Shown here piece by piece: positions 1 to 10,665 of a stretch of DNA of 64,000 bases. This stretch comes from an uncultured Actinomycetota bacterium (GTDB lineage Bacteria; Actinomycetota; Acidimicrobiia; Spongiisociales; UBA4744). Location of the stretch: positions 19,072 through 83,071 of the forward strand of contig CAVQSB010000019.1 of the NCBI GenBank assembly GCA_963715305.1, read 5' to 3'. The notes beneath the pieces are model-generated. The model was not told the origin of the DNA. It saw only the letters and a list, made by a program, of their open reading frames with translations, and ran no database searches. Both the position numbers and the translations under genes were made by a program. How positions within the stretch are numbered: position 1 is the first letter of the stretch; every line of letters begins with the position of its first letter.

Positions 1-2
1 AA

Positions 3-365
3 TTGCATCATCTATGTCGCGTTGGACTGGAAACACTTATAAACTATCTAAACCTTAAGAATGAAGCATCCAATCCAATAAAAAGACCAAAAGTTGCATC
101 AGGTATTATTAAATCAACCCAGATAATTGAAGGAATTAAAAATCTCATTATAATTCTAATAGTAGCATCGCGTCGCATTAACAATATAAATCAAAAGACA
201 AATGTTGACAGCTACTTCAGTGCATTCGAATCCGTCCGATACAAGTTGACGGATTTCGATAAATATTGCTTGAAACAAAGAGATGTTTTTCTGCATGGCA
301 AGATTCCAGTAACTCAAGAAAATAGCAATGAACTAGATTATATCATCTATAATTTACAATACTGC
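3..365 (+). other. AT-rich (about 27% GC) partial ORF of foreign-like composition, truncated at the window edge; the ORF runs on into GC-rich DNA to position 470 with no recognisable family
   Basis: Abrupt composition switch at about 365-370 (aat/ata-rich codons, then cccgggcccgg). The translation is Lys/Ile/Asn-rich, unlike everything else in the window. The 3' end overlaps the racemase stop region. Confidence 0.3.
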
Positions 366-407
366 CGAGCTGATCGTCCCGGGCCCGGTGCGTGCTCGAA
401 CCGGCGT

Positions 408-1106
408 TCATCCGCAGTCCAGCGCAGTATCGGCAGCCGCTTCAGCATGAATCCGGGTGGTATCGAATAGCGAGGTATCCGTGTCGTCGGAGCCGATGAG
501 CAACCCGATCTCGGTGCAACCGAGAATCACGGCGCCCGCCCCCCGCTGTTCCAGTTGATGGACAATGTCGAGGTAGCGGCGGCGCGAGTCATCCCGGGTT
601 ATCCCGAGGCACAGCTCGTCGTAGATCACGTCGTGGACGAACGAACGGTCTTCCCCATCGGGAACCAGCACCCGGAGTCCGTGGTTGGTTTCGAGCCTGC
701 CCCGATAGAAATCTTGTTCCATGGTGTACCGGGTTCCGAGCAAGCCGACCGTCGTGATCCCGGCCCCGACTACGGCTCTTGCGGTGGCGTCGGCGATGTG
801 CAGCACCGGAAGGCCGGTCTGTTGTTGGATATCGTCCGCCATCCGATGCATGGTATTGGTGCAGATAACGATGAAGTCGGCCCCGCCCGCCTTCACCCGC
901 TGGGCAGCCTCGACCATCACAACGCTGGCCCGCGACCAGTCTCCCTGCTGCTGCAGTTCTTCGATCTCGGCGAAATCAACCGAGTAGAGCGCAATCCTGG
1001 CCGAATGCAATCCGCCCAACCGGTCCTTGACCCGCTCGTTGATGATCCGGTAGTACTCGGCGGTTGACTCCCAGCTCATGCCGCCGATGAGCCCGATGGT
1101 TTGCAT
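408..1106 (-). CDS. Asp/Glu/hydantoin racemase family protein (aspartate racemase-like); likely start at the internal Met (MQTIGLIGGMSWEST...)
   Basis: N-terminal MQTIGLIGGMSWESTAEYYRIIN plus the central GGADFIVICTNTMH and C-terminal ILGCTEIGLL motifs typical of this family (from memory). The ORF upstream of Met55 is translation of a DNA tandem repeat. Confidence 0.7.
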   Translation of the reverse strand: MQTIGLIGGMSWESTAEYYRIINERVKDRLGGLHSARIALYSVDFAEIEELQQQGDWSRASVVMVEAAQRVKAGGADFIVICTNTMHRMADDIQQQTGLPVLHIADATARAVVGAGITTVGLLGTRYTMEQDFYRGRLETNHGLRVLVPDGEDRSFVHDVIYDELCLGITRDDSRRRYLDIVHQLEQRGAGAVILGCTEIGLLIGSDDTDTSLFDTTRIHAEAAADTALDCG

Positions 1107-1195
1107 GACCCGAAACGGTAGCCCCCCGGCGACGACTGGTACTGCTACAGCCAGCTCAAGCCACGCACCGAACCATGCCGGCTCAATCCCTGCCA

Positions 1196-1400
1196 CACGC
1201 TGCCGGACGAGGCACTCGACCACGAGGCGCTTGACCAGGAAGCACCACTCCACGAAGCGCTCGACCACGATTTGCTACTCCACGAAGCGCCGGACCACGA
1301 GGCACTCGACCAGGAAGCACCACTCCACGAAGCGCTGCTCCACGAGGCACCGGTCTAGGTATAACCGTTCCAGTCGCCACCCGACCACGACGCACTCGCC
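1196..1400. repeat. Tandem repeat of about 21 nt with roughly 7-9 degenerate copies (cac(t/g)cgaccacga(g/a)gc(a/g)ct-like); gives heptad-like peptides in several frames
   Basis: Visible periodicity: cactccacgaagcgc recurs three times and cactcgaccacga/cactcgaccagga recur between them. The same translation (RFVEWCFLV...) appears at the C-terminus of ORF 1275..1949 and the N-terminus of ORF 408..1268. Confidence 0.6.
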
Positions 1401-2992
1401 GCGACCAAAGCCGACCACGACGCCCCGTCCCAAGCGGTTCCGAAGATGTCCTGCTCGCCTACCAGAGCAAATACCATTGTCGGCGACGTGACTACTGCCC
1501 CGAGCGGCTTCGAGGGTGCCGGTGCCCGTTGCGGGGGCGAATAGTTGGACGGTCTGGGGAGTGGCAGCGGTCATGATCTTGTCCAGGACCGGCACACCCG
1601 CTCCCTGGCACTGGGTCGAGGCTTTTCTGATGGTGAATGTCGAACCCATCAACAGGGCCTTCACTTGATCCGGCGTGGCGTTCGGCCGCTCGCTGAGGAT
1701 GAGCGCAGCCATTCCGGACACGACGGCGGCCGATTGGCTGGTACCGGAGCCGAGGAAGAGGCGATTTGCCACCCGGGCCTGCGGATAGTTGACGTCCGCG
1801 TTGGAACCAGGAGCCCGGCGGCTGACGATCGACTTACCGGGTACCACGACGTCGACCAACCGATCGGTGGTTCCACAGTTCGAAAAGTCCATCACGGACG
1901 AGATCTTGGTCCGGGTCTTGGCGCTCTCCGAAGCTCCTACGGCAATCACGTAGGGGTCTCATGCGGGATTGCGAAGTGCAAAGCCCTTCCCGTCGTTGCC
2001 GGCGGCGACCACCACCACGATCCCGGCCTTCCAGGCTTGCTCAACCGCGAAGGCTAGGGGGTCGAGCACATAGCTCTGGTTGCCGTCGGTGCCGAACGAC
2101 AGGTTGACGACCCGTATGTTCATCCCGTTGTCGGTGCGGTGCTGTCCCACCCAGTCGATGGCTGCCAGCACCTGCGAAACGTCGGTGGCGCCATTCGAGT
2201 CGGCCACTTTGATGTTCACGATTCGTGATCCGGGGGCAATTCCCATGAAGGCAGCTGTGTTGAGGTTGGTGATCGGGATATCCGTGTCGCGACCGGCGAT
2301 GATCCCGGCCATGTGGGTGCCGTGGCCGAACGTGTCCAGATACCGGAGGTTGTCGGCCTGCGACTCGAAGGAGAGATCGGGTCCGTTGATCACCTTGCCC
2401 GGCTGCGTCAAGCCTTCGACCGGAACAACTCCTGAATCGATGAGAGCGATGTCGATGCCGGCACCCGTATACCCGGCCTTCCAGTACTCGTCGGTCTTCA
2501 CGACTGATTGAGCAACCCGATACATCGAACCTTCAAACGTGTTCGGGTTGTTACTGCTGAGGCCGGTAGCATCTTCCCAACCGGCGGCTTCGAGCCGGAC
2601 GGTGACGTTGGGCGTGACGGCCGCAACATCCTGGCGGCCGGCAATCAGGTCAACGGCGGATGCAGGAACTTCGCCGCAAACCCATCGATGATCTCGTACT
2701 GCTGCGTAACGGAACCGCCCAACTGCGCCACTGCCCGCTCCGGAGCATCGCCGGTGCCCGGTACCTCTCGAACAACGACCGACACCAGCTCGCCGGTCGT
2801 CGCGGTGACGGGAGGAGCCACCACCGCCAATACGAGTAGGGCGGCCATGAGGACAACGGCCAGTCGAATATTTCGCGAAGCAAGGGTCATTTGGTATCTC
2901 CACAGCCGGCCATTGATGAGGTGATCGGCCCTGAGGCAGGAAGCCTGGGAACCAAGCCCGCCGCCCCTATGGGGACTAGTCATGAAACACAA
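1275..2992 (-). pseudogene. Subtilisin-like S8 serine peptidase with signal peptide and I9 propeptide, interrupted by a 1-nt frameshift near 2660 and an in-frame TGA at 1959..1961
   Basis: Signal plus I9-like segment (MTLASRNIRLAVVLMAALLVLAVVAPPVTA ... IIDGFAAK) in one frame. The catalytic Asp/His motifs (DSGV, HGTHMAGI, AAGNDG) are in a second frame. The Ser motif (GTSQSAAVVSGMAAL) follows the in-frame TGA in the same frame. Around 2655 the reverse strand reads ggg ttt gcg gcg aa|g ttc; the expected continuation VPASAVDL needs one extra nucleotide. Confidence 0.65.
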
Positions 2993-3040
2993 TTCAGGTG
3001 GAGCACGGAAGCAGCCCCCCGGCCCGTCGCGTACGATCCA

Positions 3041-4303
3041 ATGATGGACACCAGCACCAGTGCCGCAATGCCGGCCGCGCTATGTATTCGTCAAGCCCGT
3101 CTTCGTCAGAGCCAGGGTCTCGTCGACATCGAGATCCTCGACGGTGTGATCAACTCGATCGAACCCACCGGCAGCAGACCCTCGCACGGCCGGCCGCTCG
3201 ATGCCGGGAAGAACCTGGTGACCGAATCGTTCGTGAACCCTCACCTGCATTTAGACAAGGTCTTCACCCTCAGCAGCCTGGGCGACGCCGCCCTGGCCGA
3301 CTATCAGTCGGGAGACATGGGAAACGCCATGAGCGCCATCGAGACCGCTGCCACGGTGAAAGTCGGGCAGGACCGGGACACCATGCTGTTGGCCGGGCGG
3401 CGAGCTCTGGCCATGGCGGCTGCCTACGGCAACACCCACATCCGTGCGCTCGCTGACGTCGACTCGAAGGCCGGCACGCGTGGAGTGGAGGTACTCCTCG
3501 CTCTCAAGGAAGAGTTCGCCGGCGTCGTCGACCTCCAGGTGGTGGCCTTCGCCCAGGACGGCATCATTCGCGAGCCGGGCACGGCCGGCTTGCTGCGACA
3601 ATCCATGGAACTCGGCGCAGACGTTGTGGGCGGGATCCCGTGGATCGAGTTCACCGATGCCGACATGGCTGAGCATGTTCGCATCTGCTTCGACATTGCG
3701 GTCGACTACGACGCAGATGTTTCGATGCTGCTCGACGATGCCGGCGATCCGGGTCTGCGAACGCTGGAGATGATGGCGGTTGAGGCGATTCGCCGCGACT
3801 GGCAAGGGCGGGCACTGGCCCATCACGCCCGGGCAATGCAGCTCTATCCCGACCCGTATTTCGCCAGATTGGTTTCACTGCTGGCGGCTGCGGAGGTGGC
3901 GGTGGTGTCCGACCCGCACACCGGGCCACTGCATGCCCGGGTGAGGGACCTCCTGGAGGCCGGGATCACCGTCAGCCTCGGCCAGGACGACATCTCCGAC
4001 GCTTACTACGCCTTCGGGCGCAACAACATGCTGGAAGTTGCTTTCCTCGGCGCGCATCTCCTGTGGATGATGGCCGGACCGGACCAGGAGGTGCTGTACG
4101 ACTGTGTGACGACGTCGGCGGCTCGCTCGATCGGTTTGACCGATCACCGCCTGGAGGTGGGGGCGCCGGCCAACCTGGTTGTGGTCCGAGGCGAAAAGGT
4201 CACCGAGGCACTCCGGTTTCACGCTGCTCCCCTGGCAGTCGTGAGCCATGGACGGTTGGTCGACCAGGCTGCCATGGCCGAGCTCGCCCAGATATCCATG
4301 TAG
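3041..4303 (+). CDS. Cytosine deaminase-like amidohydrolase (CodA family metal-dependent hydrolase)
   Basis: FVNPHLHLDK metal-binding motif, LQVVAFAQDGI, GADVVGGIPW and SLGQDDISDAYY align with E. coli CodA motifs (FVEPHIHLD, LQIVAFPQEGI, GADVVGAIPH, CFGHDDVFDPWY) from memory. ATG at 3041 (MMDTSTS...) chosen over the longer ORF. Confidence 0.65.
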   Translation: MMDTSTSAAMPAALCIRQARLRQSQGLVDIEILDGVINSIEPTGSRPSHGRPLDAGKNLVTESFVNPHLHLDKVFTLSSLGDAALADYQSGDMGNAMSAIETAATVKVGQDRDTMLLAGRRALAMAAAYGNTHIRALADVDSKAGTRGVEVLLALKEEFAGVVDLQVVAFAQDGIIREPGTAGLLRQSMELGADVVGGIPWIEFTDADMAEHVRICFDIAVDYDADVSMLLDDAGDPGLRTLEMMAVEAIRRDWQGRALAHHARAMQLYPDPYFARLVSLLAAAEVAVVSDPHTGPLHARVRDLLEAGITVSLGQDDISDAYYAFGRNNMLEVAFLGAHLLWMMAGPDQEVLYDCVTTSAARSIGLTDHRLEVGAPANLVVVRGEKVTEALRFHAAPLAVVSHGRLVDQAAMAELAQISM

Positions 4304-4309
4304 AGCTTC

Positions 4310-4837
4310 CTAGGAGATGGCGATGGGACCGACGGTGCCCAGCACTTCCCATCCGGCGTCGCCAACCTCGAGTGCGTACGTCAGCCAGATGCCGCAGAGA
4401 CCACCACACCACATGCCCATGTCGATAGTCGCTTCGTTGCCGTCGATGTCGGGCGAGCCGAGCGTGAGGATTGCCGCCCCTTCGATCGTCGGGCGGAGGT
4501 CGTCGGTGATGAAGTCGTCTTGACTCGAGATGAACCGGACGTCACTGAGACTCGAAACCGCGGTGGTGAGGGCCGCGATCTGATCGGCCGTCAGCGGAGT
4601 GCCGTCCTTCAGGCGGTCGACTACCAGCACCGTAGGAAATGCGTGGCCCTGGCCGAAGGTGGTGTCGTTGCGAAGGAGGTGCACGGTCGCCTGAACCAGG
4701 ATCTCGGTCTCCCAGGCATCGCCTGGGGGGCTGCTCGGCCCCGGCGCGGTCGTGGTGGTGGCCGGATTGCCTTGACCCGCCCCGCAGGCGCTCATCAGCA
4801 TCACCAAAGCTACGAGCGAGCTAGTTATTCGTTGCAT
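4310..4837 (-). CDS. Hypothetical lipoprotein
   Basis: Internal start MQRITSSLVALVMLMSACGAG has a lipobox (LMSAC). The mature part is Thr/Pro-rich and has no recognisable domain. Confidence 0.45.
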   Translation of the reverse strand: MQRITSSLVALVMLMSACGAGQGNPATTTTAPGPSSPPGDAWETEILVQATVHLLRNDTTFGQGHAFPTVLVVDRLKDGTPLTADQIAALTTAVSSLSDVRFISSQDDFITDDLRPTIEGAAILTLGSPDIDGNEATIDMGMWCGGLCGIWLTYALEVGDAGWEVLGTVGPIAIS

Positions 4838-4889
4838 GCTGGTTGGACGGATACAGCCGACCCGTCGGTTCCCGGCGTACGATGCAGAC

Positions 4890-5484
4890 ATGGAGATCCA
4901 TGCCACTTACGACCATCACACCGCGCTGGTGGTAGTCGATGTTCAGAACGATTTCGCCGACCCGGCCGGGAGTCTGTACGTGCAGAGCGGCGAGCACATC
5001 GTGCCGCTCATCAATGCCGAGGTGGCCCGCGCCCGGGCAGCCGGAGGGTTCGTCGTTTACACCCGCGACTGGCATCCGGAGAGCACCCCCCACTTCGCGA
5101 AGGATGGCGGCGTCTGGCCCGTCCACTGCGTGATGGACTCCTGGGGAGCCGGGTTCTATCCCGAGCTGCTCGTGGACGGGCCTGAGGTGAAAAAGGGATC
5201 TCGAGGCGAAGACGGCTACTCCGGGTTCGCCATGCGAAACCCGGGAACGGACGAGGTCAGTCCCAACCGAGTTGGAGAGCCTGCTTCGTGAGCGGCACAT
5301 AAACCGTCTCGTTGTCGCCGGGCTCGCCACCGACTACTGCGTGAAGGCAACCGCTCTCGACGGCTTGTCCCGAGGCTTCGAAGTGGGATTGCTCACCCGC
5401 GCAGTGCGGCCGGTCGATCTCGAACCGGGCGACGGAATCCGTGCCATCGAAGCGGTGGTGGCCGCCGGAGGGGCCGCGTTGTAG
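4890..5484 (+). pseudogene. pncA: Nicotinamidase/pyrazinamidase (isochorismatase family, PncA-like) with a frameshift near 5265-5280
   Basis: ALVVVDVQNDFADPAGSLYV, YTRDWHPESTPHF and VHCV in frame 1. The C-terminal LVVAGLATDYCV... is in ORF 5272..5484 in another frame. The sequence gtcagtcccaaccgag is where the two frames meet. Confidence 0.6.
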
Positions 5485-6239
5485 TGACCGGAACCGTGGC
5501 GATTCGGGATCTCGAGGCGTTATCGATGCGGGCTCTGCCTGCTCTCGAGACGGAGGACTTCGACGGCTGGGTTCTGCGGGCGGCCGCCGGGTATACCGGT
5601 CGGGCTAACTCAGCCGCTCCTCTCTCCCCGGGGAGTTGGACTCAGCTGAGAAGATCGTGCACACGGAAACCTGGTTCCGGTCACGCGGTCTCACGCCGAT
5701 GGTCCGGCTGACCTTGGCCGCGCAACCCCCCGTCTGGAGTCGCTGCTCGAAGACACGGGGCTACGTGCTCCGGAGATGAAGGCGTGAGTGTTCAGGTTCG
5801 CACGCTCACAGGCACCGGGTCCCCTACGGGCAACGTACCTATTGCCGAAGGACCGCCGCCCGATCACTGGCTCGAGACCCTGGCGGGTTTTCAACCAACC
5901 GTCGGCGAGCATTTCGCAACGGTGCGCACGTTGTTGTCACGGCTCCCCACGACGAGCGCCTTTGCGCTGATCAAACTCGACGAGACTCCTGCGGCGATCG
6001 GGCGGGCAGTCTTCGAGCACGGCCACGTCGGCTTGTTCGACGTGTTCACCCGTCCAGATCTGAGAAACCGCGGCCTGGCAACCGACATCCGGAAGGCGCT
6101 GCTCGGCTGGGGAGCACGGATGGGGGCTTCCCTCGCCTATTTGCAGGTGGTTCCTGCCAACGAAGCGGCCTGCCGCTTGTACGCCGAACTGGGTTTCGAA
6201 GAGGCCTACCGGTACTGGTACCGGGTGGCACCAGCGTGA
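5484..6239 (+). pseudogene. GNAT-family N-acetyltransferase with N-terminal GNAT-like domain, interrupted by at least 3 frame changes (about 5640, 5735, 5783)
   Basis: N-terminal WVLRAAAGYTGRANSA motif, then GELDSAEKIVHTETWFRSRGLTPMVRLTLAAQPP in a second frame, LESLLEDTGLRAPEMKA-stop in a third, then the acetyltransferase core RNRGLATDI...AYLQV...NEAACRLYAELGFEE back in the first frame. Confidence 0.55.
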
Positions 6240-6289
6240 CCCGCACAGCAGAACAGGCAAGTCCGGTCACCCCGCCGCCATGGATACCC

Positions 6290-7580
6290 TTAAGGTTCAG
6301 ACCCGAATCGAAAAGCCAACCGGCGCCTGGACCCTGGCGCCGCTACGGCACCATCCGCACCATGCGCTCCAGCAGGCGATACGCCTGCTCGCCGGTGTGG
6401 CGGTCCTCGGGCTCCAGCAGATTCGACATCACTTTCAGCACCCACTCCATCAAGGGTTTCGATCGCAAGCCCAACGTGGGCCAGGGTCCACATCACTTGG
6501 GGGTAGCCGATGGCCTTCACGAAGATCCGGGCCATGCGGTAGTACAACCCGTAGGTGTCCTCGAGGTCCTGCGGATACCGCTGGAGCAGGCCGAGGTCGT
6601 CGGAAGCCAGTGCCTGATGGACATGGTCGGCAGCCATTCGTCCGGTCTCGTAGGCATAGGCGATACCTTCGCCGTTCCACGGGTTGATCGCTCCGACGGC
6701 ATCGCCAACCAGGACCCAGTTCGACCCTGCATACGGTCCTACCGAGAGCGCCATGGACAGCTTGCCGCCGCGTGGTTTGGACAGAGCTGCTGCCGGAGAC
6801 AGCTCCCAGTAGTCCGGAGCGCTGTCGACATAGGCCGCCATCATGTCGGACGTGTTGATCGACTTCCACTGGCGGAAGGTTGACAGCAACCCCACTCCGA
6901 CATTCACGGTCCCGTCACCGAGGGGAAAGACCCATCCGTAACCCGGCATCGAATCCCCGTTGGCGTCGCGGATGTCCAGTTGGCTTTCCATGTACGAGTC
7001 GTCGGAACGGGGGCTCGAGAAGTAGCCGCGAGCCGCCATCCCCATCGGGTAGTCACGACGCCGATGCGTGCCCATCGCCCTTCCGAAGCGGGTCATGGAT
7101 CCGTCTGCGACGACAACCACCCGGGGATACAGGGTCTCCTGATCGCCGTTCGTCGATAGGTTGACACCCGCCAGGTGCCCGCCTTCGATCAACGGGAGAC
7201 GCTTCGGTGTGCTGACGCAGCAGGGCGCCCTGTTTCTCGGCCAGGGTTGCCACCCGTCCGTCGAGGTCCAGGCGGCGGATGATGCCGCCCCAGTTCGGGT
7301 AGATCGAATGCTGCGGCCAGTCCAGCTCGATCATCAGGTTGTCCCCGGCGTAGGAGCGAAGGCCGGTGATCTTGTGGAACTCGCCGACGTCGAAATCGAA
7401 CCCCATCTCGCTCAGCTGATAGATGGAGCGAGGGCGTCAGCCCGTCACCGCAGGTCTTCTCGCGCGGGAAACTCTTCTTCTCGACGACGGTGACGGAGTG
7501 CCCATACCTGGCCAACCAGTACGCAGCTGCAGAACCGGCCGGACCAGCCCCAACGACAACGACATCAGGCTGAAGAAGAC
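6290..7580 (-). pseudogene. Geranylgeranyl reductase family FAD-dependent oxidoreductase, split over at least 4 frames
   Basis: MSSSA then DVVVVGAGPAGSAAAYWLARYGHSVTVVEKKSFPREKTCGDGLTP (FAD GxGxxG) near 7580-7400. GFDFDVGEFHKITGLRSYAGDNLMIELDWPQ in ORF 7053..7406. The C-terminal part is in ORF 6290..7192. All are homologous to one protein family. Confidence 0.6.
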
Positions 7581-7689
7581 ATGAGTGGGAGGATTAGTGG
7601 GAGTGGGGACATGGGCAGCGATCAGTAGCCACCAGGTAGCGACAGCTACCGGCGGTCAGAAATGCTGAACCTGGAAACCTTGCTCGGCT

Positions 7690-8103
7690 CTACGGAACGA
7701 CCGGGTACCCGTCCTCGTACCAACCCGTGATGCCGGTGGCGACGTTTTCGACCTGGGCGAATCCGAGATCTTCGAACACAGAGAGGGACTGCCCGCTGCG
7801 GTTGCCGCTGTTGCAGTAGACGACGTAGTGCGTGTCCTTGTCCAGCGCATCGAGTTGCTCGCGGAAATCGGCGTCGTAGAAAGTCGATGTTGACGGCTCC
7901 GGCAATCTTCCCGGCGGCGTATTCCTCAGGCGTGCGGATGTCGAGCAGCACAAAATCGGAGTTGTTCGTGTTCTGCTCGATGATGCCTGCCGCGTCGGCC
8001 GGTGAGACGGTCGTGATCTGCTGGTCGACGACGGTGGTCGATGAACAACCGGTCAACCCGGTGAGCACCGCCAGGGAGACGGCCAGGAGACTGGAGATGC
8101 GTT
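7690..8103 (-). pseudogene. Rhodanese-domain lipoprotein (sulfurtransferase-like), frameshift near 7870
   Basis: MKRISSLLAVSLAVLTGLTGCSS lipoprotein start followed by a rhodanese N-part (FVLLDIRTPEEYAAGKIAGAVNIDF) in ORF 7646..8428. Rhodanese active-site part (HYVVYCNSGNRSGQS) in ORF 7690..7953 in another frame. Confidence 0.55.
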
Positions 8104-8224
8104 TCATGGGTTGATCAGTCCTTTCAAGAAGCAGCCGACATGATACCCCCTGGGGTATATACCTTCGTTTTCCAGCCGGATCCTCGTTTTTGGGGTTCCG
8201 GTCGTATCGTATAACGTCCCTCTT

Positions 8225-8862
8225 GTGAAATTGACGCGTATCCCCCGAGCCACCGTTAACCGGCTCCCGCTCTATCTCCGGGCGCTCGACATCATCCCCG
8301 ATGAGCAAATCACCGTCTCGTCGAAAGAACTGGCCGAGCTGATCAAGGAGAACTCCGCCAAAGTTCGCAAGGACCTTTCCTTTCTGGGCACGTACGGTGT
8401 GCGCGGGGTTGGCTACAACGTCGAGCAACTCCGTTTCCAGATCCGCCGCGAACTCGGGTTGACGAGAATCTGGCCCGTGATCATCGTCGGAGCAGGCAAC
8501 CTCGGATCGGCGCTCGCCAAGTACGGAGGTTTCGACGACGAGCGGCTTTGAGATCGTCGGTATCTACGACAATGACCCCGAACTCATCGGCACTACCGTC
8601 GGCGATCTCACGGTCGGCCCTATGGAGGCAATCCAGCACGACGCCAAGCGAATTGCACGTCGAGATCGGAATCATCGCGACCCCGGTGCCGGCCGCCCAG
8701 CACGTCGCCGAACAACTTGCCGCGGCAGGGTTCAAATCGATCCTGAATTTCGCTCCGATGGTGCTGAGGGTGTCCCCGGAAGTCGAGATTCGCCGTGTCG
8801 ATCTATCGACCGAACTCCAGATCCTCGGGTACTACGTTCAACGAGCCCTCGCCGAGGCCTAA
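8225..8862 (+). pseudogene. rex: Redox-sensing transcriptional repressor Rex, two frame changes (about 8545 and 8660)
   Basis: N-terminal winged-helix IPRATVNRLPLYLRAL and Rossmann IIVGAGNLGSALAKYGGF in frame 1. FEIVGIYDNDPELIGTTVGDL in a second frame. The C-terminal EIGIIATPVPAAQHVAEQLAAAGFKSILNFAP...YYVQR is in ORF 8548..8862. Confidence 0.6.
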
Positions 8863-8867
8863 ACCTT

Positions 8868-9217
8868 CTCGCGCTCCTGCTCTTCCTCGAAACGGCTGAG
8901 GGCCGTGAGAAACATCGCGAACAGGATCAGCGACGCCAGCATGAACGTCAGCGGGATGATGCGAATCTCGAAGGCGTTGAGACCTTCGAAATCAGCCGGG
9001 CGGGGCCGCGCGGGGCATAGAGGACGAAGAGCAGACTGTTGATCGAGGTCCAGCCGAAGGTGGCGGCCCCGGTCAGCAGAAAGGCAAGTTTCTTGCCGAG
9101 GTTGGTCCAGTTCAACAGATAGACCGACCCGAAGAACACGACGATGGAAGCCAGCGTCAACAGGATCCCGGTCACCGCCAGGTTGGCCGAAAGAATCTCC
9201 CTGAACAGTTCCCGCAT
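8868..9217 (-). CDS. Small polytopic membrane protein (possibly cytochrome oxidase subunit IV/CtaF-like), one frame change near 9005
   Basis: ORF 8948..9217 gives two TM helices. An alternative frame continues ADFEGLNAFEIRIIPLTFMLASLILFAMFLTALSRFEEEQEREKV-stop. The function is a guess from size, topology and position next to the cytochrome genes. Confidence 0.3.
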
Positions 9218-9218
9218 A

Positions 9219-10665
9219 TCAGTCCCCCGTCAGCGTGTCGCCGCGCAGATACTGCACGATCAGTTCCAGGTCATCCAGCGACAGGACCGGCCCGAAGGCA
9301 GGCATGCGTCCTGACCCGACCCCGTTGACCCCGTACGGGACTCCGTTCTCGGAGCCTTTGGTGAGGAACGTGACCATGTCGGCAGGGTTGAGGAATTGCA
9401 CGTTGGGCCGCCCGTCCCACAGAGCAGGTCCGAGGGCTCCCGAGCCGACCGGTTGGGTCAAGGCAACACCGGCCGAATAACCGGCCGTGTGGCACCGGGC
9501 ACAGTAACCGTTGAAGAGGCCGACGGCCCGGGAAGCCCGTTCCGTGTCACCGCCGAAGGTGGCGTCTGCCACGGCCGGGATGTCAATCTCCCACTTTCTG
9601 GTCCTGCTGTGCCTGCTCGAGGAAATCCAGTCCACCGACCGCCTGGGTGAGGAGCTTCTCCTGGTTGTCGGTGGTGACCTGCAGCTTGGTGGCAGCCGAC
9701 TCGAGCGCTGTGACTGCCGTTCTGGCCAGCTCGAGATCATCCTCCCCCGGCGTCGATTGCGGGTTTTCGGCATCGAGCGTGACCGCCAGGGCCGGATTGC
9801 CGAGCACGGTCCCGGCTTCGGCGAGAATCGACTGTCAGCTCCTGTTCGACCCGATCCGGAAGGCCGTCGCCGTCGACGTCGATGCCGTCGCCGGCTGCAT
9901 CCAGGGCATCCGCGGCGCGCCCGGCCAGCGCCTTGGCCGTTCCCACCTGGGACGGCGCCGCCTCGATCGAGGCGACGAGAGCGGTTTGTCTGGCAATGTC
10001 AGTCTTCCAGGAGGGTGTCGGCCGTATCCAACCGGGATAACGCTTCGTTGACCTTCCCCTCGATCTCCAGGAGCGCTTCGTCTTGGGGGATCATGAATTC
10101 CTCGGACTGCAGGTACTCCATCAACTCTTCGATCTGCTGGTCGTTCAGGGGACCACCGCCGTCGAGACCCCAGGCGGGCATCGGCGAATTGGCCCGGCCG
10201 TACACCAGCCAGAACTTGACCTCTTCCGGCGTGTACCGATAGAAGACTGAATTGATGTCCGGAGCCGACCAGGCAACGCTGATACCGCTCCGCTTCTCAA
10301 CGTAGGCAGCAACCCCTCCGCCACCGTCGACACCGTGGCAGGTGCCGCACAGGAATTCCTCGAACAGGTGGGCGCCCCGTTCCAGCGCAACCGCGTCGAA
10401 CTCTTCGACGAACCCCTCCTGGCGGCTCTGCTCACTCACGAAGTAGATGGGCAGCGAGAGCGCCAGGATCCCGGAGAGCACGACGGCGGAAGCCAGCGTC
10501 TTGTCCAGCCGTTTCGACTCGAGCCGGTCGTCGGTTATCCCGGGAGCGAGATTGGGGGCTATCTCTTCTCGGCCGCGGCCTCGCAGGCTGTTGGTACACC
10601 AGAAAGGCCAGCCAGGCGATGGCAGCCAGCGCGGCGACCGTGATGACAATGGTGCTGCTGTCCAC
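9219..10665 (-). pseudogene. Diheme cytochrome c (QcrC-like) with long linker; N-terminal TM plus heme 1 (CGTCHG), linker with several frame changes, heme 2 (CARCHTAGY)
   Basis: CxxCH motifs in ORF 9999..10682 and ORF 9219..9773. The intervening 9580..9999 region is only readable by switching among three overlapping minus-strand ORFs. The N-terminal TM (MDSSTIVITVAALAAIAWLAFLVYQ) is in ORF 10432..10665. Confidence 0.5.

Noticed and set aside
1959-1961. In-frame TGA in the subtilisin as selenocysteine or programmed read-through
   Set aside because: S8 peptidases are not selenoproteins. No SECIS-like structure is evident. The same gene also carries a frameshift, so pseudogenisation or error is far more likely.
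8160-8240. Rex operator (TTGTGAA half-site) at the rex start
   Set aside because: Only one half-site is present and it overlaps the GTG start codon (GTGAAATTGACG reads VKLT). No matching TTCACAA partner at the right spacing.
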